From positions 19,288 through 83,287 of IMG/VR virus record IMGVR_UViG_3300004369_000006: 64,000 nucleotides of DNA. One strand, given 5' to 3'. The notes below the pieces were generated by a model. That model was not told the origin of the DNA. It ran no database searches and was given only the letters and a program-made list of their open reading frames with translations. Below, in pieces: positions 9,526 through 19,654 of this stretch (position 1 is the stretch's first letter; each line of letters opens with the position of its first letter). Position numbers and translations under genes: made by a program. The DNA is from a virus.

Positions 9526-10545
9526 TTAATTGTTTTTGTGTGTACATATAAGTTCACTGTGAATAATTGAGTAAGCTTTATCATATCCTACATTAGCTAC
9601 AAGATCAGACGGATCTTTACTCTTGTATTTAGCAGGTATCTTAAGGTTCTGCTTGATAGAAGTAAATGTATTAATTATCTTTTTTGCTTGTATCTGACCC
9701 CAATTATTTGTTTTGTTATAATCGTTGTCATAAAGCAAAGAGATATTTAAGAATCTTCTTTTAAGCATATCAATTAACTCTTTGTCAGGCATCTGCATCT
9801 CACTAGATAATGCAATAGCATGTATGCCCATAGTATGTAACACCATAACATCCTTCATAGAAGATGTAATTACAATGTTATTACTTGTGTAAGGTAACTG
9901 ATCTATACCTTGGACTGTACTTGTATTGGTATTGGATAAGAATTTTAGTTTCTTACTCCGAGGTTGGTATATCTTGACTTGTGTATTATTCTCCATAAGG
10001 TATGCAAAAGCAAGTTTATCTGCCTTGATGTAATTATCATTGACATAGAAACTCTTTAATGATACCACGTTATAATAGTTTAATACATACTCGTCTATTC
10101 CAAACTTCTTCCAAAAAGCCAAGTCATCCGCAGTAAAGTTTTGAACTTTAAGTACAAACTTAGTCTTCTTCTTTTCAGGCTTCTGATAGGTAGTCTTCTT
10201 AGGTACTTTAACGTGCTTTATATTTGTCGATTTATACAATCCCAAATTAAAATCACTGTCAATCATGATAAGCGCATCCTTAAAACTGATATCGTATAAT
10301 AGTTGCACGAACATAATGCAGTTACCATGTTTATTCATACCAAAATCTGAAAACATTAGCGTATCATCTCCCTGCCATATACAAAAAGAAGGACTGCTAT
10401 CATCTTCACGTAGAGGACTAGATATAGCATTACCTATAGTAATGGAAACCCCTGAATATCTATTGAAGACATCCAGGGGGTTAACCATTTTTAAGATATT
10501 ATCAGCAGTGAGTGTTGCATCACTACTCCTGCTTGCTATTGCCAT
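9526..10545 (-). CDS. DnaG-like DNA primase (crAss type)
   Basis: Degenerate ZBD (SSPLREDDSSPSF...DFG), KIYQP, TOPRIM ITSSMKDVM...YDND...KDPSD. Confidence 0.88.
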   Translation of the reverse strand: MAIASRSSDATLTADNILKMVNPLDVFNRYSGVSITIGNAISSPLREDDSSPSFCIWQGDDTLMFSDFGMNKHGNCIMFVQLLYDISFKDALIMIDSDFNLGLYKSTNIKHVKVPKKTTYQKPEKKKTKFVLKVQNFTADDLAFWKKFGIDEYVLNYYNVVSLKSFYVNDNYIKADKLAFAYLMENNTQVKIYQPRSKKLKFLSNTNTSTVQGIDQLPYTSNNIVITSSMKDVMVLHTMGIHAIALSSEMQMPDKELIDMLKRRFLNISLLYDNDYNKTNNWGQIQAKKIINTFTSIKQNLKIPAKYKSKDPSDLVANVGYDKAYSIIHSELICTHKNN

Positions 10546-11333
10546 TATGCAAATATGCTTTTAATATCATCGTTAGAATCAGTGGAAATAACTTCTGCCT
10601 TCTGCTCTTTAACTTCTTGAACAGATAGGTCAGATGGATACACCGCATCCCATGCAGTATATTCATTCTCTAAGGTACGTAAGAAACCTTTCTCATTGAA
10701 GTAGGTAAGACGACCAAAGAACTTGTTGTACACACTTTGTACAAACTTATCATTGTTCATCGTTACACCACCTGCTAAGAGTACTACACGGTTTTCTTTA
10801 AGTTGAGTAACATACTCTTTCAACTCTGTGACATTCCCTTTAGCGAGTTCCTCACGGTTATCTAAACGACATTCACCTTCTGTAGCTACGTTAGCCCATG
10901 CTTTGATAAACATCATTAGATCTTCCTCGCCTACAAATGCTTTAACAGCACTCTTCTTATCAACCCATTCTTGTAAATCATCTACACTACCAGCCCATCC
11001 TGTAGTACCAAAGGCATCAATGTATTGATTCTTATCACCTGCTTTATTAGTACGTAGTTTAGGACGCACAATAAAGTTTACACTAGTGGTAATTGGGTTC
11101 TCAATAGCAGAACTATCAGATTGTACAATAAACTTAACTACAACAAAGTCATCACCGTTCTTATCTTTCTTGCGATATTCAGGTTTGTTATCAATTGTAG
11201 TGTTGTAGAGTTTCTCAAGCTCTGCTTTAGTAGGATTAACGGACAATACCTTAAAAGGAATTAAACCACCATATACGGTGTTGTCTTGTCCTGATACTAC
11301 TTTCTCGTTACTGTTGTTGCTTTGAATAGCCAT
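10545..11333 (-). CDS. Conserved crAss-like replication protein, putative ssDNA-binding protein
   Basis: VLSVNPTKAEL, NKAGDKNQYIDAFG, VGEEDL; acidic tail ending in an aromatic residue (DDIKSIFA); lies between the AAA ATPase and the primase. Confidence 0.55.
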   Translation of the reverse strand: MAIQSNNSNEKVVSGQDNTVYGGLIPFKVLSVNPTKAELEKLYNTTIDNKPEYRKKDKNGDDFVVVKFIVQSDSSAIENPITTSVNFIVRPKLRTNKAGDKNQYIDAFGTTGWAGSVDDLQEWVDKKSAVKAFVGEEDLMMFIKAWANVATEGECRLDNREELAKGNVTELKEYVTQLKENRVVLLAGGVTMNNDKFVQSVYNKFFGRLTYFNEKGFLRTLENEYTAWDAVYPSDLSVQEVKEQKAEVISTDSNDDIKSIFA

Positions 11334-11344
11334 TTTAGTTTAAT

Positions 11345-11683
11345 TTATTGGTTACTATCATCAATTACTCGGAAAGGCAAACGATTACTTCTACGGGGTT
11401 TGCGATTAAATAAGGCTGGATAGCGAGAAAATAGCGTATCTATATCTTTCTTATCATGCCCAATCATAACTGCAATTTCCTCACGATCAAAGCCCTCTTC
11501 TAAGAAGTCAATAATCTGAGTAATACGTACCTCTTCCCAAGGTTCTTTTGCAGGAACTACATCCCATGCTAGGGGTTTGTCGTTCTTTACTTTAATAGGT
11601 TCTTGTTCAACCATAGGTTCTGTTTCTGTGTCTATATCAGGTAACCTTTCCTGTGTAGCCCAATCATAAGTTATTCTATCCAT
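11345..11683 (-). CDS. Hypothetical HTH-containing protein
   Basis: QIIDFLEEGFDREEIAVMIG HTH-like segment. Confidence 0.5.
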   Translation of the reverse strand: MDRITYDWATQERLPDIDTETEPMVEQEPIKVKNDKPLAWDVVPAKEPWEEVRITQIIDFLEEGFDREEIAVMIGHDKKDIDTLFSRYPALFNRKPRRSNRLPFRVIDDSNQ

Positions 11684-11883
11684 ACTTTTGCAAATTCTCC
11701 TAGTGCATCTAATTTAATTACATAAGATGAAGAATTAGATTGTGGAATTATCCCAACCTTTTCTCCGTTAAGTTCAGCTTTCATAGCTTCACTCAAATAC
11801 AACTTGGTTCTATAGTGGGTAACATAAGGTTCCCCTTTTCTGTTGTATTTAACTTCCTGCGTTCTTGGTCCTGGCTTTGCCAT
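11671..11883 (-). CDS. Hypothetical protein
   Basis: Track ORF 11671..11925; likely start MAKPGPRT at 11883. Confidence 0.5.
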   Translation of the reverse strand: MAKPGPRTQEVKYNRKGEPYVTHYRTKLYLSEAMKAELNGEKVGIIPQSNSSSYVIKLDALGEFAKVWIE

Positions 11884-12571
11884 CTTTAATTGAATTAAGT
11901 CCGTAATAATCTCGAATAGTTGCATCGACTTCTAATAGATCATTATCTACTAAAGAGTCTTCAAACATTCCTACAGGAGTCTTACAAGTGTCACGACCTG
12001 TAGTTTGGGTTCTGAATTTGTACTGCACTCCTTCAGCTTTCTTTTGAACATCCGCATATAGTACAATAGTGCTTTTGCTTTCAGGTCTAACCTTTCTCAG
12101 CATACCCCCGTGTACTGCTATGCGCATTTCAATAAGCCCTGTATCCTCGTTTAATGTTTCTTCAGGATGTGCCATCAGATATACATACATATCATCAGGC
12201 GTATTATCACGTATGTAATTAAACAATTGATACTGATTCGCAGCCATCTCACCCCACTTGGTCATGTAGTCTTTACCTTGCTTGCGAAACTCTTCACTAA
12301 ATACAAGATCATTGACATTCATGTTCCAAGTATCTATCACGATAATCTTCTTATCATTTTCAGCACCGTACTTGATAATAGCACGTATGTCTTCAATGTC
12401 AGAAGTTTCGAGATAGTTTTTGAGTTCCTTATTCCACTGCTTACCATACTGCCGCCAAGGTAATTCTTTCTTGTCGGTGTTAATGATAATACATTTTTCA
12501 GGGGGTAAGTTCCTCATGGAGTAGCTCTTACCCATACCAGTATTAGCTACAATAAAACATAATCTACCCAT
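11849..12571 (-). CDS. AAA_24/Sak4-like P-loop ATPase
   Basis: Walker A ANTGMGKS, Walker B IIVIDT, MAHPE, CKTPVGMF. Confidence 0.85.
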   Translation of the reverse strand: MGRLCFIVANTGMGKSYSMRNLPPEKCIIINTDKKELPWRQYGKQWNKELKNYLETSDIEDIRAIIKYGAENDKKIIVIDTWNMNVNDLVFSEEFRKQGKDYMTKWGEMAANQYQLFNYIRDNTPDDMYVYLMAHPEETLNEDTGLIEMRIAVHGGMLRKVRPESKSTIVLYADVQKKAEGVQYKFRTQTTGRDTCKTPVGMFEDSLVDNDLLEVDATIRDYYGLNSIKDGKARTKNAGS

Positions 12572-13644
12572 TACACATTGGTTTTGATATTGGTTACTAA
12601 TTCATAGCGTTGTGGCGACATTTCCTCTGCTTTGGGCATTTCTTCAAAGATACTAGACTCACCTATGAACAGCATAGGAATACGCTTTTGTGCGCTACCA
12701 TATCTGTTCTTAAGTACAATGCCTGCACGGAATCTGTCTTGCAACTGCTCAATGTCATATCCACGATATTCAGTTAGTTCAAACTGCCTAGGATTAAACA
12801 AAGCAAAGACGGTTTCTGCATCTTGTACAGTGTTACCTGAATCTTTGAAATCATTAAGGGTAGGTTCTAATTTATTAAGCCTCATGCGATCAGTGCTTGC
12901 AAAACTACGATTTAACTGCTGAACTACTACAGGGCTAATACCATAAGTATTCCTCAGGTTAATCATGTACTCTGACATCTTGTCGATGTTGGCTTTTACA
13001 TTAAAACTTCTCTCCTTCTTAATCAGACTAATATGGTCAATGATACACAAGGTATAATTGTTCTTACCGTTGGGTATAAAACCATTAACATACTGCTTGT
13101 CATTACCATCATCATCTGTAAATGTACCATACGTAGGTGTACCTAAATTCTCATGGGCATATCGAGTTAAAGTTTTCTCTATTCCCGTAGGGTTTTCAGG
13201 TATGTCGTTTACCACTAATACATCCTCTAATTTACTAAAATACTCCCTGGTTTCCAAGACTTTAGAGTAAATTTCTTGGCTAATCCTGTTCTTACCACGT
13301 GATAAAACATAGTTTACATCAGCCACTAAACCATACTGATAATATAGCTTACGGGTAATGGCTTTAGTCAGAATCATCTCTGTCTTCAACTCGAAAGAAA
13401 AGTAGAATATCTTGAGATTACCTTTGTCAGGAAACTTCATGACATCTTCAAAGGGATTAAGTACAAATGCATTGAGGGTAAACGTAGATTTACCTGCACC
13501 TGGATCACCACCGATTAGATAGTAAGTACCCTTTTGTACATTAGGTATATGAGTCCGTAGTCTTGGAAAGCCCATGTTAAGACCTTCATTAAGACCTGCT
13601 TTGCCGTCTTCAATCCATTTAACGGTACTGTCAAAGTAACTCAT
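12571..13644 (-). CDS. DnaB-like replicative helicase
   Basis: GGDPGAGKST, FSFEL, IIDHISL, QQLNR, DFKDSG...QDAE, KNRYG. Confidence 0.93.
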   Translation of the reverse strand: MSYFDSTVKWIEDGKAGLNEGLNMGFPRLRTHIPNVQKGTYYLIGGDPGAGKSTFTLNAFVLNPFEDVMKFPDKGNLKIFYFSFELKTEMILTKAITRKLYYQYGLVADVNYVLSRGKNRISQEIYSKVLETREYFSKLEDVLVVNDIPENPTGIEKTLTRYAHENLGTPTYGTFTDDDGNDKQYVNGFIPNGKNNYTLCIIDHISLIKKERSFNVKANIDKMSEYMINLRNTYGISPVVVQQLNRSFASTDRMRLNKLEPTLNDFKDSGNTVQDAETVFALFNPRQFELTEYRGYDIEQLQDRFRAGIVLKNRYGSAQKRIPMLFIGESSIFEEMPKAEEMSPQRYELVTNIKTNV

Positions 13645-14255
13645 ATGTCTTCTGTAAAATCAGTAGTAGGTGTAGTAGTTTCTCCTTCTCTATAAGCTTC
13701 TATGTAACCCATAAGCATAGACACTCCATTCTTCTCAATGAAGTAATCTGCACAAGTCATCTTCTCATAGAAAGTATCCTTGGCTTTGCCTACATAAATC
13801 TTAGTAGCTTCTATAATCTCTGTAGGGGTTACATCAGGGTTATCACGCATTAGTTTCTGCATCTTCTTAATGCAACCTTTGCGGTCACCCTTGACTAGTC
13901 TACTACCTGTATACACACCTGATGGAAATAGCTTACGATACTCATCAATGATATTCATAACTAGATGATCACTAGCACCTATAAATGCTTTACCATCTTG
14001 GGTTATCAATAATTTCTTAAGTACTTTGTGAGCATATTCCATGTGCAATCCCGTAGGAGATTCATTGGGATCTCTCATGCGTATAAGTCCTTTCTCATAG
14101 AGATACAAGAAAGAAACATTAGAAAACAAGAATGGGTTATTCTCTACGAGTTTCTGAACATCACCATCCTCTGCACTATTAAGCAATAGCAATGTAAAGT
14201 ATGCTCCTGCATCAATATCTACAACTTTACTTAGATGTTTCAGATTTATCTCCAT
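13641..14255 (-). CDS. Conserved crAss-like protein upstream of the helicase (possible initiator/loader)
   Basis: wHTH-like N-half, EYRKLFP...ADYFIEK C-half; ATGA overlap with the helicase gene. Confidence 0.5.
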   Translation of the reverse strand: MEINLKHLSKVVDIDAGAYFTLLLLNSAEDGDVQKLVENNPFLFSNVSFLYLYEKGLIRMRDPNESPTGLHMEYAHKVLKKLLITQDGKAFIGASDHLVMNIIDEYRKLFPSGVYTGSRLVKGDRKGCIKKMQKLMRDNPDVTPTEIIEATKIYVGKAKDTFYEKMTCADYFIEKNGVSMLMGYIEAYREGETTTPTTDFTEDI

Positions 14256-14364
14256 CTTTCCATTCGGCTTCTAGGGTTAGTCTTTGAATTTTAATCATCT
14301 CAGCAGCTTCATCAGTTTGATAACCTGCATCAATTAATTCTAAATAGCGTTTAGTCCAGCTCAT
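14227..14364 (-). CDS. 45-aa hypothetical protein (not in ORF track)
   Basis: MSWTKRYLELIDAGYQTDEAAEMIKIQRLTLEAEWKDGDKSETSK; bridges the gap between the SF2 helicase and the next gene. Confidence 0.5.
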   Translation of the reverse strand: MSWTKRYLELIDAGYQTDEAAEMIKIQRLTLEAEWKDGDKSETSK

Positions 14365-15565
14365 TGTACTTCTGTTTTAAATCCATAAATCCATTACATT
14401 TTACTAATTGATAATCTGCAAACTCTAATCCTTCCATCATTTTATTAAACCATCCTTCTTCGCGAGTACCCTCTGTGCAGAATATGATAACCTTTAGAGG
14501 TCCAAATTCTCCACCACGAGTTCCTCTACCTATTCGTTGAATAAGGTCTTTGGATTTGCTAAAATATGATGTGATAATTATAGCATCTACATAACCAAGG
14601 TTTTCACCCTGTTTAAGTTTATGAAAAGAACCTATCTGTTCTATGTGTCCTTTCCTAAATCGTTCTATCAGTTGTTGATTCTGATATTTACCACTGCGAT
14701 AGCTCACTACATAAGGTACTATCTTCTGTATAAAAGAGATGTTATTGCCAAACACAATAACCTGTCCTTTGGTTACATCTTTAAGTATCTTCTTAGCAAG
14801 TCCTATCTTACTGCGTAGGTCATAGAGTATCTTAGAGTACTCTGCCATAATTTTATTAATCATAAAGCTATTCCTACGCATACCGTAGTACTTTAGCTTA
14901 TTCTTATAATACTCAATAGCAGATATTTCATTGTACTTCTTGCCTTTGATATTTACTTCATACTTATCATCAGCTTCATGCTTAACCTTATAGATAATAA
15001 TATCACGGTTAAACTTCATGTAGCTATAGATTACAGGTGCGACTTTATTAATTAAATCGCCTTTAGTAAACTCATAGCCATCTGAGGTGCGATAAGTTGT
15101 AGAAGTATCAATTGTTGCTGACAAGCCAAGTATATGGGTAAATTTAGTCTGTATGTACAGTTTACCATACTGTGGTGTTAGTGAGTCGTGAATCTCATCT
15201 GCAATAATAAGGTCATAGGTATTACCTTCTAAGCGTTTATAACTTTGATAACACTCAAAGGTAATGTCATGTCCTAGGTCTTCTAAAGGGTTAGTACCAA
15301 AGATTTCTTTGTACTTCTGACCTTCTACCATAAAGCTCTGATCACGGTTGTTGCGCTCATAAGCTATTAAGACAGTAGAGTTAGGTGGTATCATACATAA
15401 AGCATGCATAGCTATAAAAGTCTTACCGTTACCAGTAATAACTTCTGCAGTACCTATGCCTTCTGCTTCATACCACTTTTGCAATGCGTCTTTGTGAATG
15501 GAATTGCGAAAGTCAACCTCTAGAACTTCATCACTGATGAGTTCGTGGGGTTGTTTAGCAAGCAT
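14351..15565 (-). CDS. Superfamily 2 DExH helicase
   Basis: TGNGKT, IIADEIH, GLSAT, QRIGRGTR. Confidence 0.92.
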   Translation of the reverse strand: MLAKQPHELISDEVLEVDFRNSIHKDALQKWYEAEGIGTAEVITGNGKTFIAMHALCMIPPNSTVLIAYERNNRDQSFMVEGQKYKEIFGTNPLEDLGHDITFECYQSYKRLEGNTYDLIIADEIHDSLTPQYGKLYIQTKFTHILGLSATIDTSTTYRTSDGYEFTKGDLINKVAPVIYSYMKFNRDIIIYKVKHEADDKYEVNIKGKKYNEISAIEYYKNKLKYYGMRRNSFMINKIMAEYSKILYDLRSKIGLAKKILKDVTKGQVIVFGNNISFIQKIVPYVVSYRSGKYQNQQLIERFRKGHIEQIGSFHKLKQGENLGYVDAIIITSYFSKSKDLIQRIGRGTRGGEFGPLKVIIFCTEGTREEGWFNKMMEGLEFADYQLVKCNGFMDLKQKYNELD

Positions 15566-15575
15566 AATGGATTAA

Positions 15576-15746
15576 TTAGTCGATAAATGTAGAATTGGAA
15601 GTCCAGTAATATCCCCCCTGATTATCAAGTGGATTTTCAACATCCTTAATGTGGTCGAGAATATACTCAACTTGTTTAGGAGTCAATCCATCTTTTGCAT
15701 CAGAGAGATATTCCTTTATCCAATAGAAAAAATCTTCCTTGTTCAT
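15576..15746 (-). CDS. Small hypothetical protein
   Basis: MNKEDFFYWIKEY...LTPKQVEYILDHI; start adjusted to the ATG at 15746. Confidence 0.55.
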   Translation of the reverse strand: MNKEDFFYWIKEYLSDAKDGLTPKQVEYILDHIKDVENPLDNQGGYYWTSNSTFID

Positions 15747-15750
15747 GTTG

Positions 15751-17628
15751 TTAATCTTTAATCCAATAATCAGCAATATCAGGATTTACTTCTACCCCAA
15801 TACGAGGACAGTATAACTTAGCTGCATCTTCCATACATTGCTTCATGATGTTTTTCCACTTTTCTGCATCCCTTGATGGAACCTCCAAGTGAATTTCATC
15901 GTGAACATACGCACTTAAAAATACTTTTCCAAGTTTACCTTCCTTAATTATTTGATCAAAGATAGCAATACTAGCAAGTTTAACCATACCTGCGGCACTA
16001 GATTGTATAGGATAATTCATGGCTCGTCTTTCATATTCGCCTTTAGCAATGAAATGACGTCTAGCTACTTGCTTATCATTTATATAGCCACGAGCACCAC
16101 GTTGTATAATAGCAATATCATCATGATATACTTTGCGTTTTAAGACACGGTCTACATCAATATATCCTTGTGCTATAGACTCACTCTTAATCTTATCAAA
16201 GTATGCCCTAACATCAGGGAATGCCTTGAAGTAAGCTGTTTCTACCTCGTCACCTACCTCTTTAGTTACAGATAAGTTATTGGCTATAGTAGCACCATTG
16301 CCACCATAAGCCAATGCAAAGTTAGCACCCTTAGCTTTCTTACGCAGATCCCCATATTGATCTTTAATCTCATTGTAAGATAGTTCGCCTAACACATCAG
16401 GGTATAGCTTCTGTGCTACGAAAGAATGAATATCTCCCTTACCGCTAAGATAAAACTCTAGCATAGAGGATTCATTAGCATACTCAGCAAGGATTCTAGA
16501 TTCCTGCGCACTATAGTCACCTACAATCAAAGTTCTGCCTTGCTCTACAGAGAAGCATTTACGTATCTCTTCTGTAGCAGGAATATTCTGCAGGTTAGGA
16601 TTCTTAGATGATATGCGACCAGTCTTTAGTATTTGCCAATAGTCAGTATGTATTCTACCTGTGCTTTCATTGATATACTTTAGAAAGTCATAGCCATACG
16701 TACTTGCTCTCTTAGCCCAGTAACTACGTTCTAGCAGTTGCTTTACTATAGGATGGTCAATAGTTGCAAGCTTCTTCTTATCTACAGTATCTACGTCAAC
16801 TCCTACTTCATTAAGCAGTTTAATCACCTGTTGAGAGCTATTCCAGTTGATGGTAATCTCTTGGTAGTCATCAAACAAAGTCCTAACGTGCTTAATAAAT
16901 GGCTTGATGTTATGCATAAGGATATACTGATTGAGTTGATTGGTTATCTCAACCAGTTTCATTTTACTATCCGCAGATATCTTCTTCCATGCTTCTGCAT
17001 CTATAGACATACCATGAAACTCAGTATATGCCAATACCTTGACGTACTCATACTCTACCTTAGCAGTAATAAGCAAGTCTTTGCTTTTTAGTTTGGCTAA
17101 CTGCATCTCATATATCTTATGCAGATACTTTACATCATCAGCAGAATATACTATAACCTCCTCGTCATATATAGTATCCTCAGTAATACGATCACGAACA
17201 CCTTTATCTAAGTCTATATCTAGATACATCTTAGCCAGTTTACCTAGTCCCTTAGATACATTATTATTACCCGTGTATAGTATCACTTCATTGAGCATAG
17301 TATCTATAACGTTAGTCGGGTATATCCTATGTTTATACAGAAACTTCAAGTCAAACTTGGCGTTGTGCATAATGAGGATTTTACTCTCTAACTCGCTCTT
17401 AAACAGGTTAATAGATACCTTAGTAAGATCTATAACAAACTGTCGGTTATAGTTACCGATTTGCAGTGTTAGTAGCTTACAAGTATGAGGATCAAACCCA
17501 GATGTTTCTGTATCTACAGCTAGTATAGTCTGATGAGATATCCAATGGAAGAAACTTTCATACTCATAGAGCTGTAACTCATTGTCTATAAATGTGATTT
17601 CTTCTAATCTAGATTTGATATCTTCCAT
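15751..17628 (-). CDS. polA: Family A DNA polymerase with 3'-5' exonuclease
   Basis: Exo I DTETSG, Exo II HNAKFD, Exo III YSADDV; TGRISSKNPNLQNIP; motif A DYSAQESR; motif B RKKAKGANFALAYG; motif C VHDEI. Confidence 0.97.
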   Translation of the reverse strand: MEDIKSRLEEITFIDNELQLYEYESFFHWISHQTILAVDTETSGFDPHTCKLLTLQIGNYNRQFVIDLTKVSINLFKSELESKILIMHNAKFDLKFLYKHRIYPTNVIDTMLNEVILYTGNNNVSKGLGKLAKMYLDIDLDKGVRDRITEDTIYDEEVIVYSADDVKYLHKIYEMQLAKLKSKDLLITAKVEYEYVKVLAYTEFHGMSIDAEAWKKISADSKMKLVEITNQLNQYILMHNIKPFIKHVRTLFDDYQEITINWNSSQQVIKLLNEVGVDVDTVDKKKLATIDHPIVKQLLERSYWAKRASTYGYDFLKYINESTGRIHTDYWQILKTGRISSKNPNLQNIPATEEIRKCFSVEQGRTLIVGDYSAQESRILAEYANESSMLEFYLSGKGDIHSFVAQKLYPDVLGELSYNEIKDQYGDLRKKAKGANFALAYGGNGATIANNLSVTKEVGDEVETAYFKAFPDVRAYFDKIKSESIAQGYIDVDRVLKRKVYHDDIAIIQRGARGYINDKQVARRHFIAKGEYERRAMNYPIQSSAAGMVKLASIAIFDQIIKEGKLGKVFLSAYVHDEIHLEVPSRDAEKWKNIMKQCMEDAAKLYCPRIGVEVNPDIADYWIKD

Positions 17629-17630
17629 AA

Positions 17631-18089
17631 TTATAGTTCACCAACGTTTTGATAGGAATAATAGCCTTCATGACTAATGATAAGATGGTCTATAAGCTGA
17701 AAATCTAGTAGTTTACTAGCCTCTTTCATTTTCTGTGTCATCTTATCATCTTGCTTACTAGGCTTTAATAATCCGCTAGGGTGGTTGTGTATTAAAATAA
17801 ATGCTGCTGAGTTGGCTAAGTTAAACAATATCTTAAATACTACCGTAGGGTCTATTAAAGTTCCTGTGGTACCACCTATACTTACTACGTGATAACCCAG
17901 TACTTCATTACCTCTATTTAAGGCAAGCATAACCATACGCTCTCTTAACTGCATGTCTTGGAATACATTGTCCCATAAATGTTTAGCAAGATTATAAACG
18001 TCATCGGGGCATGTAATCTTATAATTTGTTTTTGCTTTATATCCGACCTTTACTTTGATCTCGGATATATTAGAGATTTCATCAATCAT
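17631..18089 (-). CDS. radC: RadC-like JAB domain protein
   Basis: E...LNRGN...GGTTGTLID...HNHPSG...PSKQD...DHLII. Start moved to the ATG at 18089 because a terminator lies inside the longer track ORF. Confidence 0.9.
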   Translation of the reverse strand: MIDEISNISEIKVKVGYKAKTNYKITCPDDVYNLAKHLWDNVFQDMQLRERMVMLALNRGNEVLGYHVVSIGGTTGTLIDPTVVFKILFNLANSAAFILIHNHPSGLLKPSKQDDKMTQKMKEASKLLDFQLIDHLIISHEGYYSYQNVGEL

Positions 18090-18105
18090 AATATATATAA
18101 TAATT

Positions 18106-18136
18106 AAAAAGGGCAGCCCCATTGCTAGACTGCCCT
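18106..18136 (-). terminator. Intrinsic terminator after dUTPase
   Basis: AAAAAGGGCAG...CTGCCCT hairpin with a U-tract on the minus strand. Confidence 0.7.
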
Positions 18137-18176
18137 CTACATAACCAATCAAAACACAAACATGAAAGATGCAATG

Positions 18177-18638
18177 TTACCTTCCAGTAGAACCAAATCC
18201 TCCATCTTGACGATCAGAGTTATCTAGTACACTAACTTCTTCTGTTAAAGTAATATCAAAATAGGGTACAATTACAAGCTGTAGTACTCTGTAACCAATA
18301 ATCTCAAACTTAAAATAGCTCTGTGCTTCATTCTCTGTGGTAGGCTCTAGAAATTGAAACCTAGCACGTATTTCACCACGGTAGCCTGAGTCTATAATAC
18401 CTACATTATTAATCATACGCATCTTCCTATTGGTGCTACTACGTGGTACTAACATACCAAAGTAACCTTGAGGAATCTCTACTGCAATAGCGGTATTGAT
18501 TATAAACTCTTCAATGATATTGGGATTATTGGCAGAACGGATTACATCTACACTGTGCCCTGCTAAATCTGTTCCTGCGTCACTACTCCTTTTCTTAGGA
18601 TGGATAATGACATCTTCACTCAGCTTCTTGTATTTCAT
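18177..18638 (-). CDS. dut: Trimeric dUTPase
   Basis: AGTDL, PRSS, GIIDSGYRGEI, QLVI, RQDGGFGSTG. Confidence 0.96.
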   Translation of the reverse strand: MKYKKLSEDVIIHPKKRSSDAGTDLAGHSVDVIRSANNPNIIEEFIINTAIAVEIPQGYFGMLVPRSSTNRKMRMINNVGIIDSGYRGEIRARFQFLEPTTENEAQSYFKFEIIGYRVLQLVIVPYFDITLTEEVSVLDNSDRQDGGFGSTGR

Positions 18639-18639
18639 C

Positions 18640-19056
18640 TTATTTGTACTGATATGCTACACTACAATGTTCTTCTCCTACATGCAAATATACAGTACAA
18701 AGACCTACCTGTGCTTGGTATAGGATACTACCTGTTTCTTGTTCGGTAATTAGGTCAATCATGTAGTAGTCATCTGCATCTACAAAGTCAGGCATGTATG
18801 CTTTGTTGACATAGCGAGCACCTTGGATGTCTTTAAAGAATTGATTGTGCCCACTAGCAATACCTACGCTATTATGTTTAAATGAACGAATGTAAAATTT
18901 ATCTTTGGTAGAATAAATAAGGTTTTCATCAGCATCTTGATAATAACCAGGTTCTCCAGGTATTTCTTTGTAGTTTAAATACGCGTTTTTAGTTGGGATT
19001 TGTGCAAAGGCAACTGATGTGGCAAACAAAGCCACTGATAAGATAATAGATTTCAT
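18640..19056 (-). CDS. Secreted/periplasmic protein with Sec signal peptide
   Basis: MKSIILSVALFATSVAFA-Q: AxA cleavage site followed by Gln, as is typical of Bacteroidota. Confidence 0.7.
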   Translation of the reverse strand: MKSIILSVALFATSVAFAQIPTKNAYLNYKEIPGEPGYYQDADENLIYSTKDKFYIRSFKHNSVGIASGHNQFFKDIQGARYVNKAYMPDFVDADDYYMIDLITEQETGSILYQAQVGLCTVYLHVGEEHCSVAYQYK

Positions 19057-19064
19057 AGTAATGA

Positions 19065-19259
19065 TTATTTAGATAGTTTGTGAAAGCGGCGCATAATCTC
19101 TATAAGAATATAGAAATATATCATTAGCATACTGCAAGCCAATAAGTCTAGTAATAGCCAACCTGTACCATTTACAAATAGCATAATTAATAGAAATAAT
19201 CCAACTGCCAATGCAATGAGGTGAGCGATACTGAAATTGATATTAAGAATCTTGATCAT
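19065..19259 (-). CDS. Small two-TM membrane protein
   Basis: Two hydrophobic helices and a basic tail. Confidence 0.6.
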   Translation of the reverse strand: MIKILNINFSIAHLIALAVGLFLLIMLFVNGTGWLLLDLLACSMLMIYFYILIEIMRRFHKLSK

Positions 19260-19653
19260 CTTCTTTGGGTTTAGATTGTTTGTTTTTAGCTACAAGGGTA
19301 GCACGAATTTCAAGTACACGTTGAAAGAGTCTTTTCTCTATCTGTGTCATTTGAAACTTACTAATGCCAATGTCCTTAGCCATGTCTTTAATTAGCACAC
19401 TAGGTAGTGTAGCTGCAGACATGATAAGAGGCATTTCTTCTACGGTATACTCTCTATCTTGTGTAAAGTCTAGTAAGTATGCCCAAGCATTAATTACTTC
19501 GTTTAGAGGTGCTCCTCCATTGCTTTTAATAAAACTTTGTCCTTTTCGTGTAGCTAATACGAAATAGTAATCTTCAGAACCAATCTCAACAGAGTTGATT
19601 CCATCATTGAGCTTCTCAATTAGTTCGAGAAACTCCTCGTTATTTTCTGACAT
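19243..19653 (-). CDS. Hypothetical protein
   Basis: 136-aa operonic ORF. Confidence 0.6.
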   Translation of the reverse strand: MSENNEEFLELIEKLNDGINSVEIGSEDYYFVLATRKGQSFIKSNGGAPLNEVINAWAYLLDFTQDREYTVEEMPLIMSAATLPSVLIKDMAKDIGISKFQMTQIEKRLFQRVLEIRATLVAKNKQSKPKEDDQDS

Positions 19654-19654
19654 A

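Noticed and set aside
18090-18152. Hydrophobic N-terminal extension of RadC in the ORF track
   Set aside because: It spans a terminator hairpin and an AT-rich leader; the ATG at 18089 is the more plausible start.
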